Part shown: positions 22,262 through 31,457 of the stretch, in pieces | Numbering within the stretch: position 1 is the stretch's first letter | Layout: every line of letters starts with the position of its first letter | Made by a program: the position numbers and the translations under genes | The notes under the pieces: model-generated | Seen by the model: the letters and a program-made list of their open reading frames with translations, nothing else | What the model was told of the DNA's origin: nothing | The model's database searches: none | NCBI GenBank assembly: GCA_963666515.2 | Contig: OY762897.2 | Span: 2,240,001-2,304,000 of the forward strand | Direction: 5' to 3' | Origin: Candidatus Binatia bacterium | GTDB lineage: Bacteria > Desulfobacterota > Binatia > UBA9968 > JAJDTQ01 | DNA length: 64,000 bases

Positions 22262-22303
22262 TTCATCTCTTCTTTCCGGAAGCCTGCGTTGAGGTGAACT
22301 CCC

Positions 22304-22330
22304 GTAGGGGCGACCCGCGGTCGCCCCTAG
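22304..22330. repeat. GTAG-family REP overlapping the tctB stop codon
   Basis: gtaggggcgacccgcggtcgcccctag. Confidence 0.8.
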
Positions 22331-22842
22331 AACAGCTCGACGCCCAGGAAGCGGAACAGCTCGCCCTCGTACCACGAGGCGTGAATCACCTGGTCGAATA
22401 CCCCGTACAAAAAGGCGATGGCGCACGCGGTCAGGAACAGCGAAAGGACCCATCCCTCATTCGATCCGACCTTCAGATAGAGGAAGACGAACAGCGGCAA
22501 CGCGATGAGCTGTCCCAGAAGCCATGTGCCCGCGAATATCCCGGCGAGCCACGCGCAGATGATGAATGTCCGTTTCAGTGCCTCGCCGCTACGGAGGTTC
22601 ACATCGAGGTAGAGGTCCGCGGCGCCGCCCGGACCTTCGGGAGCCTTCGCGTCCCCTCCCTTTATCCCGGTCCACAGCGAAAGAACCACGGCGATGATAC
22701 AGCCGGAAACCCCGATAAGCGTGGGGAACAACGCGCTCTTCGCGGGCCACTCCCTGGCCGTGACCACGCCGGCGGCGAACATGACCGCCATGGCGAGTAT
22801 GAACAGGCTTTCAACGTAGTGCTCGCGGATCCGTGGTACCAT
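22327..22842 (-). CDS. tctB: tripartite tricarboxylate transporter TctB-like small membrane subunit
   Basis: Four to five TM helices, FP motif, directly after tctA. Confidence 0.8.
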   Translation of the reverse strand: MVPRIREHYVESLFILAMAVMFAAGVVTAREWPAKSALFPTLIGVSGCIIAVVLSLWTGIKGGDAKAPEGPGGAADLYLDVNLRSGEALKRTFIICAWLAGIFAGTWLLGQLIALPLFVFLYLKVGSNEGWVLSLFLTACAIAFLYGVFDQVIHASWYEGELFRFLGVELF

Positions 22843-22843
22843 C

Positions 22844-24328
22844 TCAAGCCTCGCCGGGTTGCTGTCGACGCATCTGAGCCCGCGTCGCGTAGTAAAGCGT
22901 CGCCAGGGTCATCAGGATCAGGATGATGCAGATGGGCCGCTCCCACAACCACACCCAGCCGTAACGGCTGACGCTGATGTCGAGGTAGCGCTCCATGATG
23001 GGACCCAGGACGATGCCCAGGGCGATGGGCGGCCTCGGCCAGCCCCACCGCTTCATGAGATATCCCAGCACACCCAGGCCCATCAGCACGAGCCAGTCGC
23101 CCAGCTCCTGCGTCGCCATCCAGGATCCCATGAAAACCAGCACCAGGATGATCGGAATCAGCACGCTGCCGCGTATGGTAGTGATCTTGGCCAACTGGTT
23201 GGTGCAGCCCATCAGCAGCATCGCGGTCAGGATGTTGGCGATCACCAGCGCCCAGATTACCGAGAAAGTAACGTCGAGCCGTGTGCTGAGGAGTTCGGGA
23301 CCCGGGTAGATCCCGTGGATCAGGAAAGCGCCCAGCAGGATGGCCATGGTGGCGCTGCCGGGAATACCGAAGGCGATGGTCGGGATCAGAGAACCGCCCT
23401 TCATGGCATTGTTGGCGCTCTCCGGGGCGATGACGCCCCGTACCTCACCCTTGCCGAACTCCGCCTCCGGGTCCTTGTTGGACTGGACCGCGTGGCCGTA
23501 GGCCACCCAGTCGACGATACTGGCTCCGAGACCGGGGATGAAGCCGATGTAGGCGCCGATGACCGCGCACCGGAGCGCCAGCCACCAGTTACGAACGGCA
23601 TCGCGCACCCCGTCCAGAAGGCCCTTGCCCATCTCCGGCACCTCCGAGAGGGTGCCCCGGCGTACCGCCAGCTCCACCACCTCGGGAAGCGAGAACAGAC
23701 CCAGCACGCAGGGGACGATGGGAAACCCCTCCAGGAGATACGGCACCCCGAACCAGAAGCGCGGGATGCCGTCCTGTGGCGAATAGCCGATCATGGAAAA
23801 CTGCAGGGCCAGCAGACCCACCAGAATGCCCTTGGCCGGGGCATTGCCGCTCAGGGCGCCCACCATGGCCATGCCCAGGACTCCCAGGAGGAAGAACTCG
23901 GGAGCGCCGAACGAAAGCACCAGGGGGCTCAGGATCGGGATCGACAACACCAGCAGGATGGCGCCGACGACGCCGCCGAAACCCGACACGGTGTAGGCGG
24001 CGCCGAACGCCCGGGCCGCCTCGCCCTTCTTCGCAAGGGGGTAGCCGTCCATGATGGTGGCCTGGGAGCCGGCCGTGCCCGGAACGCCCAGCAGAACCGA
24101 CGATATGGTGTCCGAGGTAGAGGTAATGGCGTACATGCCCATGAGCAAGGCCATGGCCTCGTAGGCCTGGAGGTCGAATGTGAAAGGCAGCAGGATGGCC
24201 ATCCCGGAGAGTCCGGAGAGGCCGGGAACCATGCCGAAGAAGACCCCCAGACTGATGCCCAGCAGCAGATAGCCGAAGGCCGGCCACGCGAGGATACCCT
24301 GAAGTCCCAGTTGGGCTGCTTCTAGCAT
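22844..24328 (-). CDS. tctA: tripartite tricarboxylate transporter TctA
   Basis: GMVPGLSG, VPGTAGSQATIMDGYPLA, PESANNA, FGIPGS. Confidence 0.93.
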   Translation of the reverse strand: MLEAAQLGLQGILAWPAFGYLLLGISLGVFFGMVPGLSGLSGMAILLPFTFDLQAYEAMALLMGMYAITSTSDTISSVLLGVPGTAGSQATIMDGYPLAKKGEAARAFGAAYTVSGFGGVVGAILLVLSIPILSPLVLSFGAPEFFLLGVLGMAMVGALSGNAPAKGILVGLLALQFSMIGYSPQDGIPRFWFGVPYLLEGFPIVPCVLGLFSLPEVVELAVRRGTLSEVPEMGKGLLDGVRDAVRNWWLALRCAVIGAYIGFIPGLGASIVDWVAYGHAVQSNKDPEAEFGKGEVRGVIAPESANNAMKGGSLIPTIAFGIPGSATMAILLGAFLIHGIYPGPELLSTRLDVTFSVIWALVIANILTAMLLMGCTNQLAKITTIRGSVLIPIILVLVFMGSWMATQELGDWLVLMGLGVLGYLMKRWGWPRPPIALGIVLGPIMERYLDISVSRYGWVWLWERPICIILILMTLATLYYATRAQMRRQQPGEA

Positions 24329-24418
24329 TGTCGGGGAGAGGTCAAGCCCTTAACACTTGAGGAGATCCCGTTGCCGACCCCATGAGCTTGCGGCCGGCAA
24401 CGGGACACGGTTGATGGC

Positions 24419-25510
24419 CTATTTCTTGGCCGCGAGCTTGCGCCCTTCTTCTATGTAGTCGGCGCGGAACTTCTTCAATTCGGCGCCGGCCGTCTTCCAC
24501 GGCGTCATGGCCTTCTCGATGCCCTTGGCCGTGGTCACCATATCCGGCTCGACTCCGACCGACTTCCTGTACTCGGCCCGGAACCCGGGATCCTTGTTCA
24601 TGGAAGTGAACGCAGCGCGAATCGCGTCCACGGCGGCCTGGGGCACCCCCGGCGGCGCGAGAATCTGGCGGTAGCTGGTGTGGACCTGAAAGAGCTGCCA
24701 TAGCGGCCCGGAAGGTTCCTTGCCCGAAAGCAGCTTGACGAAATCACGCGCGGGCACGCCCGGGGCGATGGCGGGAATCTGCGTGTCACCGCCGTGCCAG
24801 AGGGGAACGGCCGTCCCCTTGTCCACGGCAATGGGCTTCACCCGGGGAATGTAGAACGGCGTGCTGCCGTCGATGTAGTCGAGTTCACCGCGGAGGAACG
24901 CCGAAAGAAGGTCCGCCGACCCCTGGTATCCGGTGACGTACTTGAACTTCACTCCTGCCAACTCGAACAAGGTGCGGAACTTGAGGTCCTTGGCGCTGTC
25001 GGCGCGGAAGCCGCCCACGTTGAAGCTCTTGACGTTCTTGAGGTCTGCCGGCTTCTTGAGCGGCGGGTCGAGGTCCGTCCTCGCCACTCCGACGCTGTAC
25101 ACGGGCGTGAACATGACCGGGATGATCTCCGCCATGTTGGCCCGGAGACCCGCTTTCTTGGGGTCGCCCACGAACCATTCCGTGTAACGGCCGCTGGCGG
25201 TCTGGCAACCCATGATGGTGCCGTTGCGCCGCGCCCGCTCGTAGATCCAGTTCATGGCCAGGTTGCCGCCGCCGCCCGCGCGGTTCTGGATCACGATGGT
25301 GGGGTTGCCCGGGAGGTGCTTCTTCAGATGACGGGCGTAGATCCGGCACTCGATATCCGTGGGTCCGCCCGCCGAGTAGTCGACGATCAGCCTCAGCGTC
25401 TTCCCTTGGTAGAAAGGCTTGTCCGCGGCGGACGCCTGGGCCCCGAGCAAGAGCCCAAACACGAGCACCGCAACAATGAATAGCACGGCTTTCTGTAATG
25501 TGGACTTCAT
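24419..25510 (-). CDS. tctC: TctC/Bug-family substrate-binding protein
   Basis: Signal peptide, YSAGGPTD, PGNPTIVIQNRAGGGG, GYQGS, APPGVP. Confidence 0.88.
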   Translation of the reverse strand: MKSTLQKAVLFIVAVLVFGLLLGAQASAADKPFYQGKTLRLIVDYSAGGPTDIECRIYARHLKKHLPGNPTIVIQNRAGGGGNLAMNWIYERARRNGTIMGCQTASGRYTEWFVGDPKKAGLRANMAEIIPVMFTPVYSVGVARTDLDPPLKKPADLKNVKSFNVGGFRADSAKDLKFRTLFELAGVKFKYVTGYQGSADLLSAFLRGELDYIDGSTPFYIPRVKPIAVDKGTAVPLWHGGDTQIPAIAPGVPARDFVKLLSGKEPSGPLWQLFQVHTSYRQILAPPGVPQAAVDAIRAAFTSMNKDPGFRAEYRKSVGVEPDMVTTAKGIEKAMTPWKTAGAELKKFRADYIEEGRKLAAKK

Positions 25511-25624
25511 CGTTTGCTCCCTCCTTGGGTCAGTGATTGCCGTCGTCCGGCGTTTTGGGGCGCCGGTCCGGGACCATCCGGGCCGACGCCCCGCCACATG
25601 ACACTCGTCGGTATTCCTCTCGAC

Positions 25625-26461
25625 CTAGGATGCCTTGTTGACCCGGGCCATGGGACCCAGACCCGGCTTGTAGGTCTTGTCGTCGATGAACTGCTTGATC
25701 CCTTCGTCGTAGCCGCTCTCGCGGTCCGACTGCTTGATCCACGCGCCCTTGGCGGCCAGGTAGTCCTCGGCCTGGGAGTAGTCCATGCCGCGCACCAGCT
25801 TGTAGGCCTGCTTGGTGGCCCGCAACGCCCAGGGGTTCTTCTCCATCAGCTTCCTGGCCAGCTTCACGGTCTCGTCCCGGAGCTGGTCCGCCGGCACCGA
25901 GTAGTTCACCAGCCGCATCTCCGCGGCCTTCTTGCCGTCGAACGGGTCGCCGGTCATGGCGTGGTAGAGGCCGTCGCGGAGCGTCATCATGTCCGTGACC
26001 ACCCGGCTCACGAGGCCGCCGGGCAGGATGCCCCAGTTGACCTCGGACAGGCCGAACAGCGCGTCGTCCGACGCGATGGCGAAGTCACAGGCCACCAGCG
26101 GCGTGAAGGCGCCGCCGAAGCAGAAACCGTTGACCATGGCGATGGTGGGCTTGGGAAAGGTGAAGAGCTTGCGCCAGCGCCACTCCTGGCTGCACCAACT
26201 CGCCTGCCGCCGAAGCTGCGGGTTCTTGTCGCCCTCGCGGAAGTATTCCTTGAGGTCCTGGCCGGCGCACCAACTGCTGCCGGCGCCGGTGATGATCATG
26301 ACCTGCGTCTCCGGGTCTCCCTCGCATTCCGTCACCGCGTCATACATGTCGAAGTGGAGCTGCGGGCTCATGGCGTTCCGCTTCTCCGGGCGGTTCAGGA
26401 TGACCCAGGTGATGCCGTCCTCCTTCTCCACCAGGACCGTCTTGTATTCTTTGGTTGCCAT
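25625..26461 (-). CDS. p-hydroxycinnamoyl-CoA hydratase/lyase (copy 1)
   Basis: NRPEKRNAMSP, AGQDLKEYFRE, GLSEVNWGILPGG, EDYL, KTYKPGLG. Confidence 0.92.
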   Translation of the reverse strand: MATKEYKTVLVEKEDGITWVILNRPEKRNAMSPQLHFDMYDAVTECEGDPETQVMIITGAGSSWCAGQDLKEYFREGDKNPQLRRQASWCSQEWRWRKLFTFPKPTIAMVNGFCFGGAFTPLVACDFAIASDDALFGLSEVNWGILPGGLVSRVVTDMMTLRDGLYHAMTGDPFDGKKAAEMRLVNYSVPADQLRDETVKLARKLMEKNPWALRATKQAYKLVRGMDYSQAEDYLAAKGAWIKQSDRESGYDEGIKQFIDDKTYKPGLGPMARVNKAS

Positions 26462-26554
26462 TAAACGTATACCTCCTTGAAACCTTTCAGGTGATTGAAA
26501 TTTCCGCCAACTCTATGCAGTCGCGCTTGCGGAGTCAAGGCATGAGTCCCGGGG

Positions 26555-27391
26555 TCAGGAATCCTTGTTGACCCGGGCCATGGGGCCCAGGCCCGGCTTG
26601 TAGGTCTTGTCGTCGATGAACTGCTTGATCCCTTCGTCGTAGCCGCTCTCCCGGTCCTGCATCTTGATCTGGGCGCCCTTGGCCGCCAGGTAGTCCTCGG
26701 CCTGGGAGTAGTCCATGCCGCGCACCAGCTTGTACGCCTGCTTGGTGGCCCGCAGCGCCCAGGGGTTCTTCTCCATGAGCTTCTTGGCCAGCTTTACCGT
26801 TTCGTCCCGGAGCTGGTCCGCCGGCACCGCGTAGTTCACGAGCCTCATCTCCGCGGCCTTCCTGCCGTCGAACGGGTCGCCGGTCATGGCATGGTACAGG
26901 CCGTCGCGCAGGCTCAACACGTCGGTGACCACGCGGCTCACGAGGCCGCCGGGCAGGATGCCCCAGTTGACCTCGGACAGGCCGAACAGCGCGTCCTCGG
27001 AGGCGATGGCGAAGTCACAGGCGATCATGGGGCTGAAGGCGCCGCCGAAGCAGAAGCCGTTCACCATGGCGATGGTGGGCTTGGGGAAGGTGAAGAGCTT
27101 GCGCCAGCGCCATTCCTGGCTGGCCCAGCCCACCTGCCGCTGGAACTCGGGGTTCTTGTCGCCCTCGCGGAAGAACTCCTTGAGGTCCATGCCCGCGCAC
27201 CAGCTATTGCCCGCGCCGGTGATGACCAGCACCTGGGTTTCCGGGTCCCCTTCGGCTTCGGTCACCACGTCGTACATGTCGAAGTGGAGCTGCGGGTTCA
27301 TGGCGTTCCGCTTCTCCGGACGGTTGAGGATGGCCCAGGTGATGCCGTCCTCCTTCTCCACCAGCACTGTCTTGTATTCCTTGGTCGCCAT
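26555..27391 (-). CDS. p-hydroxycinnamoyl-CoA hydratase/lyase (copy 2)
   Basis: Same length (278 aa) and near-identical to copy 1; AGMDLKEFFRE. Confidence 0.92.
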   Translation of the reverse strand: MATKEYKTVLVEKEDGITWAILNRPEKRNAMNPQLHFDMYDVVTEAEGDPETQVLVITGAGNSWCAGMDLKEFFREGDKNPEFQRQVGWASQEWRWRKLFTFPKPTIAMVNGFCFGGAFSPMIACDFAIASEDALFGLSEVNWGILPGGLVSRVVTDVLSLRDGLYHAMTGDPFDGRKAAEMRLVNYAVPADQLRDETVKLAKKLMEKNPWALRATKQAYKLVRGMDYSQAEDYLAAKGAQIKMQDRESGYDEGIKQFIDDKTYKPGLGPMARVNKDS

Positions 27392-27442
27392 TGGCGTGTG
27401 CCTCCTTGAGTCGTTCGGGCTCGCCTGCGTTGCAGGCGGTTC

Positions 27443-28183
27443 TTACCCCTTAAGGTGCCTGCCCAGGAACGCCAGGGTCTTGGGCCAGATGTCTTTGGCG
27501 GACGCCTCGTGGTAGCTCGGGCGGTCGTCGCAGAAGAACGCGTGGCCCGCGTCCTCGTACAGATGCCACTCGTAGTCCACGTTGTTGGCCTTGAGCGTCC
27601 CCTCGATGGCGTCCCGCGCCTCCTGGGGAATGCCCTGGTCCTGCCCGCCCCACACGCACTGCATGGGTATCTTGATGTTGTTTCCCTGGGTCACGGGCTC
27701 CACCGGGCTCTTCTCGCCCCGCTGGCCGCCGGCGATCTGGCCGCCGTAGTACAGGCTGCTGGCCGCCAGGCCCGGGCAGTTGCACGCCGCCATCCACGAC
27801 ACCCTGCCGCCGAAGCAGTAGCCGATGATTCCCACCTTGTCCGGGTCCACGTCGTCGCGGCCCTTGGCGTAGGCGATGGCGCGGTTCAGGTCCTCGATGA
27901 CCTTGGTGTCGTAGAGGGTGCCGCGGGCGGCGAAGGCGCCGTCGCGGTCGGTGTTGGGGATGACCCGTTCATCCAGCCGGTAGTAGAGATCCGGTGAAAT
28001 GGCCACGTAGCCCTCGTTGGCGAAGCGGTCGGTCACGTCCTTCATGTGGGCGTTCACGCCGAAGATCTCCATGATCACCAGCAGCGCCGGCTTCCTGCCG
28101 TCGCCGTCCGGCGCGGCCACGTAAAGGCCCATGGACTTGCCGTCTTCGGCGGCAATATCCACCGTAGCGGTATTGATGCTCAT
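27443..28183 (-). CDS. dienelactone hydrolase family protein
   Basis: EIFGVN, GYCFGG nucleophile, YEDAGHAF. Confidence 0.92.
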   Translation of the reverse strand: MSINTATVDIAAEDGKSMGLYVAAPDGDGRKPALLVIMEIFGVNAHMKDVTDRFANEGYVAISPDLYYRLDERVIPNTDRDGAFAARGTLYDTKVIEDLNRAIAYAKGRDDVDPDKVGIIGYCFGGRVSWMAACNCPGLAASSLYYGGQIAGGQRGEKSPVEPVTQGNNIKIPMQCVWGGQDQGIPQEARDAIEGTLKANNVDYEWHLYEDAGHAFFCDDRPSYHEASAKDIWPKTLAFLGRHLKG

Positions 28184-28437
28184 CGCGTTCCTCCTGTTGG
28201 GTTCCTTTCGGATAAACGAAAGTCTTCACTCTGATCTTTCTCGATGGCAGACGGCCTTTCCTTCTCAGCCTGTTTGCCAACCGAAACGCTGCGTTGTGGC
28301 CATATGAATTCCGGTGCGGCTGGGCGTTTTTTGATTCGGGACTTGGGGTCAGGATTTATGCCGCCCTTTTGAACATAACTCCCAATATGACGGCGGCCCG
28401 TCGGACGCTTGGTCGAGTTTTCCGGTCTGTCTGCCAT
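28180..28437 (-). CDS. small Lys/Pro/Arg-rich hypothetical protein
   Basis: AGGAG RBS 6 nt upstream of ATG, overlapping the stop of the upstream gene; its stop overlaps the downstream ATG (ATGA). Confidence 0.5.
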   Translation of the reverse strand: MADRPENSTKRPTGRRHIGSYVQKGGINPDPKSRIKKRPAAPEFIWPQRSVSVGKQAEKERPSAIEKDQSEDFRLSERNPTGGTR

Positions 28438-28446
28438 GCCGTACTC

Positions 28447-29082
28447 CTATTCTTCGTCGCCTTGTTCCTGTGAGGGAAACTCGATGTGAATATCCGCCTT
28501 GTCTCGCGCGATATAAAGCCACGGCACCTCGGTCTTGCTATCTGTTTCATAGTATACGATGGCGTCTCTCAGCAAGATTTCCCGTAGCTTTTCCGTCTCC
28601 GAAAACGCGCTCACCCAGCCAGCGTATATGATTCTCTTGTCGAAATCCCGAACGTGAACATACTCGGTTTCCACCTCATGCGAGTTGAATGTCAGGTCCC
28701 AAACGTCCTCGTTTCCATATTTCCTCGTTGCTCGGATTTTATGCAGAAGCCGTGTCAGCCACTTGTACGTGTTTGCGTATAGCCAAACCACAGCCAAGAA
28801 AAAAGAGACCGGAATGGAAGTCAATATTTCGTCAAAGAAATCCGTTGTCAAAAATTTCGTTGAAGCTGAACCACTGATCTCCGGGATGGAAAAGTCACCT
28901 CCGCACACTCGATAAACGAGATAGACTCCCAGGTACGTCACCAGACCGAACATAAAAGCCCGAACAAGAAACTCGGCCGGTCCGGGCTTTTCTTTCAATG
29001 CGTATCGCGCGTCGAGTTGGGCCCAAATCAGGCCCGGAAGAAACACGATAGCAAGTTGAAACAGTAGACCGTCGATCTTCAT
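28447..29082 (-). CDS. DUF6338-like membrane protein (low-GC islet)
   Basis: N-terminal FLPG, three TM helices, EDVWD, soluble IYAGWV..FS..EILLRDA domain; AT-richer than flanks; family assignment from recall. Confidence 0.7.
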   Translation of the reverse strand: MKIDGLLFQLAIVFLPGLIWAQLDARYALKEKPGPAEFLVRAFMFGLVTYLGVYLVYRVCGGDFSIPEISGSASTKFLTTDFFDEILTSIPVSFFLAVVWLYANTYKWLTRLLHKIRATRKYGNEDVWDLTFNSHEVETEYVHVRDFDKRIIYAGWVSAFSETEKLREILLRDAIVYYETDSKTEVPWLYIARDKADIHIEFPSQEQGDEE

Positions 29083-29297
29083 TCCTCAAACCCTGTGCCA
29101 CTATACCAAGGGACAACACCTCCAGCAAATCTGCTCATCCTCTCATTGGATTCCCTCCCCTCCTTGGACCCGGCACTCACTGAACAAGACTCCGGTTTGC
29201 TCCCGTTCCGCGATGTGCTAGAAACCCGTTGGCCGACACCCAAGGTCCCGATGCCGTCGAGCGGGTGCTCTGAGCGAGACCGGGGAATACCGATACC

Positions 29298-29894
29298 ATG
29301 CAAATCTGCTGCCTGGACCTGGAGGGCGTCCTCCTGCCGGAAATCTGGATCGCGGTCGCCGACCACTTCCACAACGACGACCTCAGGCTGACCACGCGGG
29401 ACATCTCCGACTACGACCAGCTCATGCAGTACCGGCTGAAGATCCTGCGGAAGAACCGCATCCGGCTGGCGGACATCCAGGGCGTCATCGAAGGCATGAA
29501 GCCGCTGCCCGGGGCCAAGGCTTTCCTGGACGACCTCCGGCGGCATTTTCCGGTGGTGGTGCTGCTGTCGGACACCTACTACGAATTCGCCATGCCGCTG
29601 ATCCGCAAGCTGGGAAATCCGACGCTCCTGTGCAACTGGCTCACGGTGAGCCGGTCGGGGTACATCGAAAACTACGTCCTCCGCCAGAAGGACGGCAAGC
29701 GCAAGGCCGTGAGGGCATTCAAGCAGATCGGCTTTGGCGTGGTGGCGGCGGGGGATTCCTACAACGACCTGAGCATGCTGCGCACCGCCGACCGCGGCGT
29801 GCTGTTCAACCCGCCGGAGGCCATCGCCAAGCGCTACCCGGCTTTTCCGGTTTCACGCGACTACGCGACGCTGTCGCGGTTGCTGAAACAGTAG
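29298..29894 (+). CDS. thrH: bifunctional phosphoserine phosphatase/homoserine phosphotransferase
   Basis: CLDLEGVLLPEIWI, TTRDISDYDQLM, LSDTYYEF, AGDSYNDLSML. Confidence 0.95.
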   Translation: MQICCLDLEGVLLPEIWIAVADHFHNDDLRLTTRDISDYDQLMQYRLKILRKNRIRLADIQGVIEGMKPLPGAKAFLDDLRRHFPVVVLLSDTYYEFAMPLIRKLGNPTLLCNWLTVSRSGYIENYVLRQKDGKRKAVRAFKQIGFGVVAAGDSYNDLSMLRTADRGVLFNPPEAIAKRYPAFPVSRDYATLSRLLKQ

Positions 29895-29909
29895 CAGAGC
29901 TTTCGCCGG

Positions 29910-29950
29910 CGTCCTTCGACTTGGCTTCGCGAAGCCTGTCCTGAGCCCGA
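29910..29950. repeat. degenerate CCTTCGAC-family REP-like repeat
   Basis: cgtccttcgacttggcttcgcgaagcctgtcctgagc shares ends with the 8848 and 49991 copies. Confidence 0.55.
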
Positions 29951-29976
29951 CGCCGACACAACCAAGGAGAACTTCC

Positions 29977-31368
29977 ATGCTCGACGTGCTGATTTCCAAC
30001 GCCGACATCATCACCGCCGACCACCGCTACCAGGGTTCGGTGGGCATCCAGAACGGCTCCATCGCCGGGATCTACGCGCCCGGCGCCACGCCCGAGGCCG
30101 CCGAGGTGGTGGACGCCACCAACCTGGGGCTCATCCCCGGCGCGGTGGACATGCATTCACACCACCGCGAGGGCGGCGAGCCGGGCGGCTACGACTACAA
30201 GGAGAACATCCACACGGCCACCATGCAGTGCGCCGCGGGCGGCGTCACCACCTCGGTGGCCATGCCCAACGTGACGCCGCCGCCCAACACGGTGCCGCGC
30301 CTGGAACAGTTGTTCTCGGTCTACGAGCGCGAGTCGATCATCGACTTCAACGTAAACCCGGCCGGCGTCATCCCGGAGGAGATCCCCAAGCTGGCCAAGA
30401 TGGGCATCGGCGCATTCAAGGTGTTCATGGTGGTGGACACGGGGCGGGACTACCCGCACATGCCGGGCATCGGCGTTCACGACCACGGCAAGATCATGGA
30501 GATCATGGAGGCGTGCGCCGCGGCCAACGTGCCGCTCATGGTCCATCCCCACGACCAGCCTCTCATGGACTACATCGAGAAGAAGTACTGGGACCGGGGC
30601 GAGCGCGACTGCCTGGCCTACGCCAAGGCCTATGCCGAGCACGACGGGGTGATCTGGGAGACCGCCATCCAGTTCCTCATCCGCTTGCAGGCGGCCACCG
30701 GCGTGCACCTGCACGTGCTGCACGTCCAGACCGCGGGCACCGTGGAGATGATCCGCCGGGCCAAGGACAATGGCCAGCGAGTGACCGCCGAAGTCAACCC
30801 CTGGGCGATCTTCCTGGGATCGGACTGGAGCGAGATCGAGCGGCTGGGCTCGTACGCGCTCTCCTACTGGATACCCGAAAAGAACTCGCCGACCCTGTGG
30901 GAGGGTCTGTGCGACGGCACCATCGACATCGTCGCCACCGACCACGCGCCACACACGCGCGAGGAGAAGGAGATCGGCTGGGAGGACGGCTGGAAGGCCC
31001 ACACCGGGACGCCGTCCGCGCAGTACTACATGAGCCTGCTCATGGACGCCGTCTCCAAGGGCAAGATCCCGCTGAACCGCATGGTGGAGGCCACTTCCAC
31101 CCTGCCCGCGCGCATTTTCGGCGTGCACAACAAGGGCCGCATCGAGGTAGGCTACGACGCCGACCTGGTGCTCGTGGACCTGAACGCCGAGAAGGAGATC
31201 CGCGACGAGGACGTGCTGAGCCTCATCGGCTGGTCCCCCTACGCCGGGCGCACGCTCAAGGGCTGGCCCGTGCGCACGTTCGTGCGCGGGACCACGGTGT
31301 ACCGAGACGGCAAGGTGGTGGGAAAGAAGGGCCACGGCCGGCAGGCGAAGGCCACGTACCCCGGTTAG
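29977..31368 (+). CDS. dihydroorotase/allantoinase-family cyclic amidohydrolase
   Basis: DMHSHHREG, AGGVTT..MPN, FKVFM, ATDHAPH, GYDADLVL. Confidence 0.88.
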   Translation: MLDVLISNADIITADHRYQGSVGIQNGSIAGIYAPGATPEAAEVVDATNLGLIPGAVDMHSHHREGGEPGGYDYKENIHTATMQCAAGGVTTSVAMPNVTPPPNTVPRLEQLFSVYERESIIDFNVNPAGVIPEEIPKLAKMGIGAFKVFMVVDTGRDYPHMPGIGVHDHGKIMEIMEACAAANVPLMVHPHDQPLMDYIEKKYWDRGERDCLAYAKAYAEHDGVIWETAIQFLIRLQAATGVHLHVLHVQTAGTVEMIRRAKDNGQRVTAEVNPWAIFLGSDWSEIERLGSYALSYWIPEKNSPTLWEGLCDGTIDIVATDHAPHTREEKEIGWEDGWKAHTGTPSAQYYMSLLMDAVSKGKIPLNRMVEATSTLPARIFGVHNKGRIEVGYDADLVLVDLNAEKEIRDEDVLSLIGWSPYAGRTLKGWPVRTFVRGTTVYRDGKVVGKKGHGRQAKATYPG

Positions 31369-31438
31369 GGCGACCACGGGTCGCCCCTGCGTGGGGTTCA
31401 TCGCTGGGCAGTGTAGGGGCGACCCGCGGTCGCCCCTG
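31366..31438. repeat. pair of GTAG-family REPs (REPIN-like) between convergent genes
   Basis: agggcgaccacgggtcgcccctgc, spacer, gtaggggcgacccgcggtcgcccct in opposite orientations. Confidence 0.8.
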
Positions 31439-31457
31439 ACCGCCATGCTCCCGCGAG

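Noticed and set aside
29160-29297. Possible riboswitch in the thrH leader
   Set aside because: Some pairing potential, but no match to glycine, ZTP, SAM or THF consensus that I can recognise; an Infernal/Rfam scan would decide
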